Shown here one piece after another: positions 1-9,049 of a DNA stretch of 63,230 bases. The notes beneath the pieces are model-generated. The model was not told the origin of the DNA. It saw only the letters and a list, made by a program, of their open reading frames with translations, and did not search any database. This DNA is from a virus (taxonomy: Duplodnaviria; Caudoviricetes). How positions within the stretch are numbered: position 1 is the stretch's first letter; each line of letters starts with the position of its first letter. The DNA lies in IMG/VR virus record IMGVR_UViG_3300016484_000766, positions 1-63,230 of that record; one strand, given 5' to 3'. The position numbers and the translations under genes were made by a program.

Positions 1-22
1 CCCCCCCCGAAAGTAGACGACC

Positions 23-331
23 ATGAAGCCAGCGCATAAGTACCAGCTTCGCAAGTGGGACGACAAAGATAACATCATCGTCGTGGCTTACGAAGGCGCA
101 CAGCTATGCACTGAAATATGGATACCGAGTTTAGCGCGGCGGGTTCCGTTCAGTCGCCGTCTGGCTACCGTACGCATCAAAGAGCAAGACGGCTGGCACG
201 TGATCCCGGAGTTCGGGGAATATGACGACGTGCACGAGCAAGTGTCGTTCGAGCGCCTGATTCCCGCCGTGCGGTACATGGAGACCGTGATGCGGCTTAG
301 CCAAGGAGCCCCCGATGAAGACGCCGCGTAG
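23..331 (+). CDS. Small protein, C-terminal helix-motif family
   Basis: 102 aa ORF ending ...PAVRYMETVMRL; matches the motif shared by ~20 neighbouring small ORFs. Confidence 0.75.
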   Translation: MKPAHKYQLRKWDDKDNIIVVAYEGAQLCTEIWIPSLARRVPFSRRLATVRIKEQDGWHVIPEFGEYDDVHEQVSFERLIPAVRYMETVMRLSQGAPDEDAA

Positions 332-581
332 CCCGGGCAGCACGTACTGGACCGACGGCTTCGCGCAGCAATCTCACTGCCACGCGTTGTGGAAAGTCGA
401 TGCGTCCGGGCTCATCGCATGTGTGGCCGTTCTTTATCTGCAGGACGGAACGTGGCGGGCCCGGCGCCCAAATCTGCCGGCGTCCTCCCCTCACGACGAC
501 CTCGCCTGGTTCAAGATGACGACCGACCGGCCCGAAGACGCCAAGATGGTCCTAGAAGTTTCCCTCAGACTCGGAACTTGA
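315..581 (+). CDS. Small protein, C-terminal helix-motif family (divergent)
   Basis: RBS AAGGAG upstream; ends ...PEDAKMVLEVSLRLGT. Confidence 0.7.
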   Translation: MKTPRSPGSTYWTDGFAQQSHCHALWKVDASGLIACVAVLYLQDGTWRARRPNLPASSPHDDLAWFKMTTDRPEDAKMVLEVSLRLGT

Positions 582-674
582 TTACGAGTCAGCAGTCATA
601 GCGAGCGGGCGCGTGGCTGCATTTCAACCCACCCCGTGTTTCCTTCCACTCACTTGCTTACTGAAAGGCAAACC

Positions 675-1688
675 ATGAAGTACTCGAACCTCAAGCGCAC
701 CATCGTCGCCCAGTGGACCGCCCCCGCCGGTCACAAGATGGCCTACCTCATCCTGGGCAAGCCCGGTGGCGGCAAGTCGGCGCTCAGCCTCGACATCGTC
801 AAGTCGCTCGGCGGCACCCCCGAGAACACGGTCGTCTTCACGCCCTCGCTGCGCGATCCGGTCGACGTGCTCGGCACCCCGAACAACCAAGGCGAGGTCA
901 CGCGCTGGGTCCCGCCCGCCGAGTTCTACAAGCTGCGCAAGGGTGTCGGCAAGTGCTTCCTCGTCATCGAGGAGCTGACCGACGCCACGATCCCCATGAT
1001 GAACGCCATGTGCCGCATCGTGCTGGATCGCCACGCCGGTGACCTGGAACTCAGCGACGAGCTGTACATCATCGGCACCGGCAACCGCACCGAGGACAAG
1101 TCCGGCGCCAACCGCCTGACGACCAAGCTGGGCAACCGCCTGAACATCCAGCACTTCGACGAGAACCTTGACGACTGGGTGGACTGGGCCATGGCCAACA
1201 ACATCGACCCGGTGCTGATCCAGTTCATCCGCTTCAAGCCGAACCTGCTGAGCGACTTCGACCCCAACCGCGCCTACGGCGTCAACCCCACCCCGCGCCA
1301 GTGGGAGAAGGTGGCGCTGTCGCCGACGACCCTGCCGACCGACTTGTTCATGGAGAACGTCAAGGGCCTCGTCGGCGAGGGCGCGGCGGCCGAGTACGCG
1401 GCGTTCCGCAAGATCTACGCCGGCCTGATCTCCTTCGAGGAGGTGGTCATGAACCCGAAGACGGTTCCGATCCCGAGCGATCTGTCGGCGCAGTACGCCA
1501 TCATCGGCTCGATCAGCCACAACACGACCAAGGCCAACATCGAGCGTGTGGCTGAGTTCGTGGAGCGCCTGCCGAGCGACTTCTCGGTGATGTTCTGGCA
1601 GGACACGACCAAGCGCTCGCCGGACGTGAAGACCAGCAAGGCGTTCATCAAGTGGGCGACCTCCGCCACCAACGTCGTCATCAACTAA
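675..1688 (+). CDS. MoxR-like AAA+ ATPase
   Basis: Walker A GKPGGGKS, Walker B FLVIEEL, sensor TGNR, NRL arginine-finger region, PTPRQW; ATG 675 follows GAAAGG. Confidence 0.9.
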   Translation: MKYSNLKRTIVAQWTAPAGHKMAYLILGKPGGGKSALSLDIVKSLGGTPENTVVFTPSLRDPVDVLGTPNNQGEVTRWVPPAEFYKLRKGVGKCFLVIEELTDATIPMMNAMCRIVLDRHAGDLELSDELYIIGTGNRTEDKSGANRLTTKLGNRLNIQHFDENLDDWVDWAMANNIDPVLIQFIRFKPNLLSDFDPNRAYGVNPTPRQWEKVALSPTTLPTDLFMENVKGLVGEGAAAEYAAFRKIYAGLISFEEVVMNPKTVPIPSDLSAQYAIIGSISHNTTKANIERVAEFVERLPSDFSVMFWQDTTKRSPDVKTSKAFIKWATSATNVVIN

Positions 1689-1695
1689 CCACGGG

Positions 1696-1720
1696 GCCGG
1701 GGCCGAAGCCCCGGCAATTT
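1696..1720 (+). terminator. GC-rich hairpin after the ATPase (weak terminator or stabiliser)
   Basis: GCCGGGGC-CGAA-GCCCCGGC followed by AATTT. Confidence 0.5.
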
Positions 1721-1721
1721 C

Positions 1722-1985
1722 ATGCAATGGTCTGTTTCTAACCTAGGGCGTTGCCCCTCCCACATGCTCATGATCAAAGGAATCACAACAGCCGCAGTTG
1801 TTGACCTGAACCTCGATCCGGGGCGCGAATGCACCGCCCCGCGGTTCTTCGCTGTGGTGAGCGGCGACGTGCTGGAGCTTCCTCCGGACGCTGACGACGT
1901 CGAAGCAGCCAAGCGCTACGTGGAAGTGCTGATTACTCTGGACCGCGGCCATGCGGCCACGCAAGGAGCGAAACATGGACGATGA
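1722..1985 (+). CDS. Small protein, C-terminal helix-motif family
   Basis: Contains DVEAAKRYVEVLITL near the C-terminus. Confidence 0.75.
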   Translation: MQWSVSNLGRCPSHMLMIKGITTAAVVDLNLDPGRECTAPRFFAVVSGDVLELPPDADDVEAAKRYVEVLITLDRGHAATQGAKHGR

Positions 1986-2331
1986 CGACAACGGAGAGCC
2001 GCGCGCCACGTGGCGCACAGTTTTCTTCATCAGCGCCGACTACGACGGCGTTAGCGTCGACTTTGCCGTCTCGTACGACAAGGCCGATGAGCTCCAAGAC
2101 GCGATCAAGGCCGAGCGGGTAGCGGCTAGGCTCAACGGCGGAGGCATCGACGTCAATAGCCTTGAAGCCCGGTTCCCCGAGGCGTTCCGTGCCGCTGAGG
2201 ACGTGTCGCTCATGAGTATCCGAGCCCGTACGAACATGCGCATCAAAGGCCCATTCAACGTCCTGGCCGACCACGCGCTGACCGACGAGGAGATGATTGC
2301 ATGGTTCAAGATGAAGCACCCGAGAGGGTAA
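1975..2331 (+). CDS. Hypothetical protein
   Basis: ATG 1975 with AAGGAG RBS; stop overlaps the next start (TAATG). Confidence 0.75.
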   Translation: MDDDDNGEPRATWRTVFFISADYDGVSVDFAVSYDKADELQDAIKAERVAARLNGGGIDVNSLEARFPEAFRAAEDVSLMSIRARTNMRIKGPFNVLADHALTDEEMIAWFKMKHPRG

Positions 2332-2597
2332 TGCCATATGACCCCGAAGGTCGTATTAACCGCAGGACTACGGGGTGGTACCACGACGGCAAAGAGTACT
2401 ACCGCTACTTCGACAGTGTCTCGTCGCTGTGGCTCGTACTCGTGCAGTTTGAAGGCGGGCGAGCGACGCTAGAGATGTGGGACGACGCCAAAGCGGAATT
2501 CGTCGCGGACGAGATACCCCACTTCGACGACATTCAAGCAACGCTCCGTTACGCGCGTGCCGTGTACGCGCTCTCGGGGTTGAGGCCGACTCAATGA
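2331..2597 (+). CDS. Small protein, C-terminal helix-motif family
   Basis: Coupled start; ends DIQATLRYARAVYALSG. Confidence 0.75.
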   Translation: MPYDPEGRINRRTTGWYHDGKEYYRYFDSVSSLWLVLVQFEGGRATLEMWDDAKAEFVADEIPHFDDIQATLRYARAVYALSGLRPTQ

Positions 2598-2851
2598 CTG
2601 CGCTGACGTGGCAACCGCCGAATGGCAAGGGTTTTTGGGAGCTCAGAGCAAGCGAGGGGCCTTTCCCCAACAAAGCCCTTTTGTACCTACGTACCGACCG
2701 CGGTACCGCAGATATGACGTACCAGCTGTGGAGAGGGCTCAAGCCGGGCGGTATGTCGTGGACCGAGAGGACGCCGGTCCCTGTGGGCATGTCCGTAGAA
2801 GAAGCTCTACGCTACGTCGAAGTACTAGCGCGCATGGAGATGGCCGAATGA
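2594..2851 (+). CDS. Small protein, C-terminal helix-motif family
   Basis: ATGA overlap; ends SVEEALRYVEVLARMEMAE. Confidence 0.8.
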   Translation: MTALTWQPPNGKGFWELRASEGPFPNKALLYLRTDRGTADMTYQLWRGLKPGGMSWTERTPVPVGMSVEEALRYVEVLARMEMAE

Positions 2852-3120
2852 GAGCTGAAGATTTCGAGCGGCAAAGAGCCGACGACGAACGCGCATCAAG
2901 CCTTCACTGGCATAACTACAAACAAAGCAGCGTGGAGAACGCGGTTCCGTATCCGGCAGTGATCCATTGGCAGGATAAGACGTACGCTTTCTGGCCCCTA
3001 CACAACACCGCCTTTATGTTCGGCCCCCTCGTTCCTTTCCCCGAGGAGCTGAAAGACGCCCCTCGTAAGCAGGTCATGGACTACGTCCTGACCGTTTTTC
3101 TGTTGACCACCAAATCCTGA
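2848..3120 (+). CDS. Small protein, C-terminal helix-motif family (divergent)
   Basis: ATGA overlap; ends PRKQVMDYVLTVFLL. Confidence 0.7.
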   Translation: MRAEDFERQRADDERASSLHWHNYKQSSVENAVPYPAVIHWQDKTYAFWPLHNTAFMFGPLVPFPEELKDAPRKQVMDYVLTVFLLTTKS

Positions 3121-3132
3121 GGACTTACTTAC

Positions 3133-4377
3133 ATGTCAACGACTCCGCAGATCGTCAAGATCACCAAGGACGACCAAGGCAACAAGGTCGTCACCCCAGT
3201 GACCCAAGCCGAGGTCGACGAAGCCCGCGCCAAGTGCAAGCGGCTGATCGACAAGGCGCGCGCGTTCATCGTGCTGGATCACCCGTTCTTCGCGTCCATC
3301 ATGCTCAAGCGCCCGTTCACCGAGCGCTTCGACATTCCCACGCTGGCCGTCACCGACTCCGGCAACATCTTCTACAACCCGTTCTTCATCGCGCAGCAGG
3401 AGCCCGACCAGATCGTCTGGGCCATCTGCCACGAAGTGCTGCACTACGCGTCCGGTCACGGCCTGCGCCGCGGCTCGCGCGACCCGAAGAAGTGGAACGT
3501 CGCCGGCGACGCCTGGATCAACGACACGCTGACGTCCATCCCTGTGGGCAAGCCGATCCCCGGCACTGTCAACATGCCCGGCAGCAAGGACCGCACGGTC
3601 GAGGACATCTACGCCACGCTGCCCGAGGACGACGGTGGCAAGGGCAAGAACAAGGGCGGCCAGGGCAACCCCAGCGGCCAGGGCGGCGACCCCATGGCCG
3701 ACGACATGGAGGACGACGGCGCGGGCAAGGACCCCTCTGCCGCAGCGGAGGCCGATGCGCAGCGCAAGCTCGACGTTGCCGAAGCGGCTCAAGTGGCCAA
3801 GGCCAAGGGCAAGCTGCCCGGCCAGCTCGCGGACTTCGTGTCCGACACCATCGAGTCGCGTACGCCGTGGTATGACATCCTGGAGCGCTACATGACCGAG
3901 CGCATCAAGAACGACTTCAGCTGGGCGCGCCCCAACCGTCGCTACATGCCCGACTACTACCTGCCGTCCATCGACGGCGTTGGCGCCATGGGCCCCATCG
4001 TGTGCCAGGTCGACATCAGCGGCTCGATCTCGCAGCAGGAGATCGCGCACTACAACGGCCACATCAAGCGCATCATCGAGCAGTGCCGTCCGACCAAGGT
4101 GCACGTAATCTACACCGACACGCAGGTGCAGAAGCACGAGGAGTTCGACAACCCCGACGACGTCGAGATCCGCTTCTACTCCGGCGGCGGCACCGACATG
4201 CGGGCCGGCTTCGACTACATCGAGCAGCACGGCATCGAGCCCGAGGTCATGGTGACGCTGACGGACGGCTACACGCCGTTCCCCGAGGACACCTCCGTGC
4301 CGTCGGTGTGGTGCATCAGCACCAAGAACATCTCGTCCCCCTGCGGCGAGAACGTGCACTTCTCGCGCAACGACTGA
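3133..4377 (+). CDS. DUF2201-type protein: N-terminal zincin metallopeptidase-like domain plus C-terminal vWA domain
   Basis: HEVLH (HExxH), Gly/Asp-rich linker, MIDAS DISGS, GGGTD and LTDG motifs. Confidence 0.9.
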   Translation: MSTTPQIVKITKDDQGNKVVTPVTQAEVDEARAKCKRLIDKARAFIVLDHPFFASIMLKRPFTERFDIPTLAVTDSGNIFYNPFFIAQQEPDQIVWAICHEVLHYASGHGLRRGSRDPKKWNVAGDAWINDTLTSIPVGKPIPGTVNMPGSKDRTVEDIYATLPEDDGGKGKNKGGQGNPSGQGGDPMADDMEDDGAGKDPSAAAEADAQRKLDVAEAAQVAKAKGKLPGQLADFVSDTIESRTPWYDILERYMTERIKNDFSWARPNRRYMPDYYLPSIDGVGAMGPIVCQVDISGSISQQEIAHYNGHIKRIIEQCRPTKVHVIYTDTQVQKHEEFDNPDDVEIRFYSGGGTDMRAGFDYIEQHGIEPEVMVTLTDGYTPFPEDTSVPSVWCISTKNISSPCGENVHFSRND

Positions 4378-4386
4378 GGAGCAGTC

Positions 4387-4803
4387 ATGCGGTACTACGC
4401 AAGCAAGCCGCTAGCTTCCCAAATACGCGAGCAGAAAGATGCGCGCCCGTGCGAGAGCCTGCGAGCCGCCATCTTCGATGCGCGGCTTGAGATGGAGACG
4501 GAGCAGCGTACCCAGCGCCTACTGGACGAGATGCGCAAGCTCAAGGTGCGCAAGCTGTGGGTCAACACCGATGAGCACGGCTATCCCTCTACATCGCTCA
4601 AGGGGTACACGCACGTCATTGCGCAATCCGACGCCGGCGTAGACGCGAACGCGTTCTGGTCCGCTGTACATCGCGCCGGGCTGCGCTACGGGTGCGGCAA
4701 CGGGATGAGCTACGTGAAAGCTGCTCAGGCCCAGATATACCACCGGGACGCTATTTACCTGCGCCCCGGCCTCTACGACTTTTCTGACGAGATCGACGCA
4801 TGA
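4387..4803 (+). CDS. Hypothetical protein
   Basis: GAGGAG RBS, 138 aa, coupled to the next gene. Confidence 0.7.
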   Translation: MRYYASKPLASQIREQKDARPCESLRAAIFDARLEMETEQRTQRLLDEMRKLKVRKLWVNTDEHGYPSTSLKGYTHVIAQSDAGVDANAFWSAVHRAGLRYGCGNGMSYVKAAQAQIYHRDAIYLRPGLYDFSDEIDA

Positions 4804-5132
4804 ACATCCAAAAACTTACCGACTACTTCGCGCAGCAAGGGGCCACCGCTTTCCTCGCCCACGAACAGGCCCGCGCCGTTGTGCGAGCAGTAAACGAGCG
4901 GACCAACATGGCCGTAGACAACGCCGCCGCGCTCCTGCGCGTCGCTCTGGTAGTAGCTACGGTGAGCTGCGTCGTTCTGCTCGGCGCCGGTGTCTTCTAC
5001 CTTGGCGGCTACTGGCCGCTGGCGTATCTGGTGCTTGTGCTTGGCGTCGCCTTGGGCGTTTCCTACTACCGCTATCGCCGCGCTGTTCTCGCTCGGCAGC
5101 TGTTGCTGGTCGAGCAACGACTGGATGCGTGA
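4800..5132 (+). CDS. Small membrane protein (2 TM)
   Basis: Two hydrophobic segments; ATGA overlap. Confidence 0.7.
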   Translation: MNIQKLTDYFAQQGATAFLAHEQARAVVRAVNERTNMAVDNAAALLRVALVVATVSCVVLLGAGVFYLGGYWPLAYLVLVLGVALGVSYYRYRRAVLARQLLLVEQRLDA

Positions 5133-5133
5133 C

Positions 5134-5460
5134 ATGGCGACCAACATCAGCTACGCAGGGCTTGCGGCGTACATGGAGTCATGCGAACGAGCCATGCTGG
5201 CTTGGCGGCTGCGGGAGCGGTCCAGAGGCCTGCTCATAGCGGCTATCGGGTGCAACTTCGTCAGCTATTCGTTTCTTCTGGCGGGGTACGCCGGAGCAAA
5301 GCTGAGCCCCCATACGGCGTATGCGGTCCTGGTCCCGCTGGGTATGGCCGTGGCGTTCTCCGTAGCCGCGCGCCAAGTCCGCAAGAAGTTCATCCTTCAG
5401 CTCGTCATCGACCGGCTGGAAGGCGTCAACAACCGTCTCAAGGACACGTCAGTTCTTTAA
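5134..5460 (+). CDS. Small membrane protein (2 TM)
   Basis: ATG 5134 directly after the previous stop; two hydrophobic segments. Confidence 0.7.
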   Translation: MATNISYAGLAAYMESCERAMLAWRLRERSRGLLIAAIGCNFVSYSFLLAGYAGAKLSPHTAYAVLVPLGMAVAFSVAARQVRKKFILQLVIDRLEGVNNRLKDTSVL

Positions 5461-5470
5461 GGAGCGCAAC

Positions 5471-5998
5471 ATGGCAACCAGAAAGCAACCCGCCAAACCG
5501 GCAGACACCCCTCCCGAAACCCCCCAGGAGCCGATCAACCTCCACGAGGCGGTCGGCAATTTCAAGCGGACGTTCAGCCAGGCCGTGCTGAAACGAGCCA
5601 ACGAGTTCGACCCCGACGAGATGGCCAAGGAGCTGATCAAGGACCTCGACGCGGCCAAGCGCGAAGTGGTCGCCAAGCTGCTCGGCTTCGACAACCGCTA
5701 TGGCGAGTGGGAAGTCGATCACTGCAACGGCCGCGAATCACCCATCACCAACTACATCCAGCAGGAGTGTGGTGACGTTGTCCGCCAGTGGGTGCACGAG
5801 GCGGTCCTGGAGGAGCTGACTGACGCAAAGAAGAACTCGCTCAAGGCGGCCGTGCGCGAAGCGCTTAAGGCCGGCATCGACAACCACTTCCGCGAGCTGT
5901 CCTGGCACTATTCGCGCGACCACGCCAAGGAGATCGCCAACGGCATCGTCAACGAGGTCCGCAAGGAGGTCAACGACGCGATGCGAGGCAACTCATGA
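5471..5998 (+). CDS. Hypothetical helical protein
   Basis: TAAGGAG RBS, strong codon bias. Confidence 0.8.
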   Translation: MATRKQPAKPADTPPETPQEPINLHEAVGNFKRTFSQAVLKRANEFDPDEMAKELIKDLDAAKREVVAKLLGFDNRYGEWEVDHCNGRESPITNYIQQECGDVVRQWVHEAVLEELTDAKKNSLKAAVREALKAGIDNHFRELSWHYSRDHAKEIANGIVNEVRKEVNDAMRGNS

Positions 5999-6831
5999 GC
6001 CACTCCCAGTTCGCCGACAAGTTCTCCCGACGCCAACTAGGCCGAAAGACGCTGCTTGTCCGCACCAAGCTGCACATGAAGGAAGACCCCGACGGCAGCT
6101 TCGTGTTCGAGTGGCGCATCAAGAAGGACAACATCGTCGACATCGCGCGCCTCACAACGGACAACAAGGTGCACATTCTGTGCCCTGAGCCCTACATCGG
6201 CATGCAGACCGTGCATCGCCACATCGAGTGGATTGTCGGGTACGGATGGAAGCTCCCCTGGGGCGCTTTCTCGGTGTGCAACCGTAAATCCAGTACGCGC
6301 CTTCACCGGACCCGCGCGCGGTTTGATTACCTGAGCCGGCGCGTGTGGGCGTACGACGTGCCGTTCACCCAAGAGCTTGCCATCGACATCAACGGCGCGA
6401 AGCCCCGCCCAGTCGCGCATGCACCCGACATGGTCATGTCGACGGACAGGAAAGCCGCTCGGCCGGTGTATGAGCACACCCGCAAAGTGCTCAAGGCCAT
6501 TGTCGTCATGCACCGCATCGGCGCGTTCGACGGGCTCAAGTTCTACTCCGGCATCAGCAAGGCCGTGGACAGCATGGACGCGCGGCTGGAAGAGGACGCC
6601 GTCGGCGAACAAGCCGAGAAAGCGTACCACTCCGCCTGGGCCACAACTTACACCGGTCCCTCCGGCAAGCATGTGAACGGCCGATGGGTAAGCCTCACGC
6701 CGGAAGAGATCGGCCGACAAAAGCTCTCACGAGTGCTGCGCAAGGCTCGGGCCTTGCTGCACGAGAAATTGGCGATTGCGAACGGGTTCCGCACTGCCAA
6801 GGCAAAGGATGAACCCGAACTCCCTGACTGA
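5995..6831 (+). CDS. Hypothetical protein
   Basis: 278 aa ORF with ATGA overlap. Confidence 0.75.
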   Translation: MSHSQFADKFSRRQLGRKTLLVRTKLHMKEDPDGSFVFEWRIKKDNIVDIARLTTDNKVHILCPEPYIGMQTVHRHIEWIVGYGWKLPWGAFSVCNRKSSTRLHRTRARFDYLSRRVWAYDVPFTQELAIDINGAKPRPVAHAPDMVMSTDRKAARPVYEHTRKVLKAIVVMHRIGAFDGLKFYSGISKAVDSMDARLEEDAVGEQAEKAYHSAWATTYTGPSGKHVNGRWVSLTPEEIGRQKLSRVLRKARALLHEKLAIANGFRTAKAKDEPELPD

Positions 6832-6844
6832 CGAAAGGAAACCT

Positions 6845-7516
6845 ATGGCTTATGTAGCCACTTCCCGCGCTCTGCGCAACGCCATCGACTCCCGCCTGCA
6901 GGACATGCAGAAAAAGGAGCTGTCCGGCGTCCACGACTACTCCAAGTGGGTACAGGCGATCGCGCTCGACCCGCTCACGACGCAGTACGCGTACGACGCC
7001 ATGTGGGGCCCGCTCTGGGATCTCCGCGACAGGTTGTCGCCGTACTCGCGGAAGTCTGACGTCCGCGTGATGATCACCTTCTTCGACGAGAAGACGAACG
7101 AGGGCAGCATGCCCCCCGCGTACAAGATGGAGGTGCGGGTACCGCTTTCCGTACCCATTCATTACCAGCCGGGGTCCTACTACCCGGTAGTCGAGATCAA
7201 GGCCGGCGCGCTTGGCGAGACCGAGTCAGCGCGAGAGTTCGTCGCCAACATGCGAACCCGCAACGAGATCCTGGATCGCTGGGCCGTCGTGCGGCAGCAG
7301 GTGTTGAACTTTGTCGACAAGGCGAAGTCTCTCAACGAGGCTGTGCGCCTGTGGCCTGACCTGCGGCGCTACATCGACGACGAGTACCTGGAGCGTCTCG
7401 ACCGCAAGGAAGAGCGCGTCAAGCCGGCCGACAGCGAGGCTGCGAAGGCGCTGGCGCAGCTGGACCCCGATCTGATCACCACCAGCACGGTGCTCGCTCG
7501 CATGGCGCAGCAATAA
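6845..7516 (+). CDS. Nmad5-like (nucleotide-modification-associated domain 5) protein
   Basis: AAAGGA RBS; SLNEAVRLWPDL segment resembles the Nmad5 C-terminal motif. Confidence 0.55.
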   Translation: MAYVATSRALRNAIDSRLQDMQKKELSGVHDYSKWVQAIALDPLTTQYAYDAMWGPLWDLRDRLSPYSRKSDVRVMITFFDEKTNEGSMPPAYKMEVRVPLSVPIHYQPGSYYPVVEIKAGALGETESAREFVANMRTRNEILDRWAVVRQQVLNFVDKAKSLNEAVRLWPDLRRYIDDEYLERLDRKEERVKPADSEAAKALAQLDPDLITTSTVLARMAQQ

Positions 7517-7527
7517 CCCCTGGGTTG

Positions 7528-7573
7528 TGTAAGCGAGTATTGCCTTTATACTTGCTTACACGTACTCTACTAT
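7528..7573 (+). promoter_or_regulatory. Sigma70-like promoter overlapping an inverted repeat and palindromic operator
   Basis: TTGCCT(7540)-17 bp-TACTCT(7563), or alternative -10 TACTAT(7568); imperfect inverted repeat TGTAAGCGAGTAT/ATACTTGCTTACA; GCTTACACGTACTC at 7554. Confidence 0.6.
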
Positions 7574-7578
7574 CCACC

Positions 7579-7779
7579 ATGAGCAACCACACCAACCCCG
7601 TGTTGGACATCTTGGCTCGGCTCAACAACATCGAGCGCCGTCAGATCCGCATGGAGACGCGGTTCTGCAAGTTCCTAGCCCTTGTGGGCGTTTCTAGCGA
7701 TGGCGCGCGTGTCGAGGGCCCGTCCAAGGTCCCGTCCCTGTCTCCCATTCAACCACCTTCCTCGGAGAACCAATCATGA
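7579..7779 (+). CDS. Hypothetical protein
   Basis: ATG just after the promoter; coiled-coil-like; ATGA overlap with the next gene. Confidence 0.6.
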   Translation: MSNHTNPVLDILARLNNIERRQIRMETRFCKFLALVGVSSDGARVEGPSKVPSLSPIQPPSSENQS

Positions 7780-8213
7780 ATACCGGACTTCACTCCATCT
7801 CGTCGCTCGTCAAGCAGTGCGGCAGCAAGTCGAACACCACCGAGATCGCCAAGCGCCTCAAGGCCGGCGGCATCCGCCCCGTGACCCAGTACTTCACTGG
7901 CCGCAAGACCATCTGCCTGTACGGCGATGACGCGCTCACCTACCTCCAGGAGTACCAGCAGCGCCTGGACCGGGTCCGCGCCAGCAAGAAGGAGATCGCG
8001 GTGCAGGCGAACCAGCAAGCCGCGGCGTCCAACATCAAGGTCGACATGATCGAGTCGGACGTGATCGACAAGCTGACCGGCGACGTCGCCGCCATCAAGG
8101 CCAACGTCGAGAAGATCATGGCGGTGACGACCAAGCTGCTCGAAGACCTGGGCGGCCTGGCTGCGGTGGCTTCTGCCGACGCGGACGAAGCTCCGCGCGC
8201 TCTCCATGGCTAA
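7776..8213 (+). CDS. Hypothetical protein with C-terminal coiled coil
   Basis: GGAG RBS, strong codon bias. Confidence 0.75.
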   Translation: MNTGLHSISSLVKQCGSKSNTTEIAKRLKAGGIRPVTQYFTGRKTICLYGDDALTYLQEYQQRLDRVRASKKEIAVQANQQAAASNIKVDMIESDVIDKLTGDVAAIKANVEKIMAVTTKLLEDLGGLAAVASADADEAPRALHG

Positions 8214-8424
8214 GCCGCGCATCGGCGCGCAGTATGCGCCGAAGTGGTTCACGCGCCGCGCCAGTGACGGCGCGTATCAGGCCCTCAACGGCCCGATGTC
8301 GGCAGACGAGGTGCTGCTCCAAGAAGCTCTCGTCTCCAAAGCCACTTCGCGCGGTAGGAGCGTGCTCCTGGTATCGGGAGTCGCGCTCGCAGCAGTCATT
8401 AGCGCACTGTACGTCGTTACGTGA
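8206..8424 (+). CDS. Small protein with C-terminal TM segment
   Basis: 72 aa, hydrophobic tail. Confidence 0.6.
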   Translation: MAKPRIGAQYAPKWFTRRASDGAYQALNGPMSADEVLLQEALVSKATSRGRSVLLVSGVALAAVISALYVVT

Positions 8425-8699
8425 TGAACTGCCCACACTGTGAGAAGGACACGAAAGGCTCTGTCATAGAGACCCGCGGCCATGCTAGCGGTACGTACCG
8501 TAGGCGTAGTTGCGGTCACTGTGGCAAGTCTTTCGTGACCCACGAAGTGACGTCCAAGGACCTGAAAATGCCGGCCGAGCTGGGCAACCTAGCCCGCAAG
8601 AAGCGCCGCGCAGCGCAGACGCTTAAGGGCGATTTTTCCAACCGCACCCGCAAGAAGTCTGATTCTTCGGCGGGCGCTGACCTTCAAAGGATCTGGTGA
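8421..8699 (+). CDS. NrdR-like zinc-ribbon protein
   Basis: CPHC...VIETR...RRRSCGHCGKSFVTHE matches the NrdR N-terminal Zn ribbon. Confidence 0.8.
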   Translation: MMNCPHCEKDTKGSVIETRGHASGTYRRRSCGHCGKSFVTHEVTSKDLKMPAELGNLARKKRRAAQTLKGDFSNRTRKKSDSSAGADLQRIW

Positions 8700-9049
8700 T
8701 GAGTACCGATTTCAACTTGCACGTGCGCAAGGCCACGAACGGCTGGGTCGTCACGACGTTCAAGAACGGCGGGCTTGAACCGCAGGAAACCATGGTCGTC
8801 GGCGACGGCGAGAAGCTGCACGAGATCATCGCGGCGGCCATCGTTTCCGGACGCCTGACCGCAACCGCGGCTCCTCCTGTTGGTCAGGGTTTGCTTTACG
8901 GACCGGCGTACCAGAAGACGTTCACTACCACCGGCATTGGTAGTGTGAGCACGCAGGCGCACATCTACCCGTCTATCATCAGCGCCGCGCAGGCGTACCA
9001 TGACGCTCAGCAAGCTAACTATCTGGCCAACAAGCTTGCGGCCCGTTGA
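8696..9049 (+). CDS. Hypothetical protein
   Basis: Coupled 117 aa ORF. Confidence 0.65.
   Translation: MMSTDFNLHVRKATNGWVVTTFKNGGLEPQETMVVGDGEKLHEIIAAAIVSGRLTATAAPPVGQGLLYGPAYQKTFTTTGIGSVSTQAHIYPSIISAAQAYHDAQQANYLANKLAAR

Noticed and set aside
1975-2331. Membership of the C-terminal motif family (TDEEMIAWFKMK)
   Set aside because: Only a loose resemblance, lacking the E-[TV]-L-x-x-L half; not counted.
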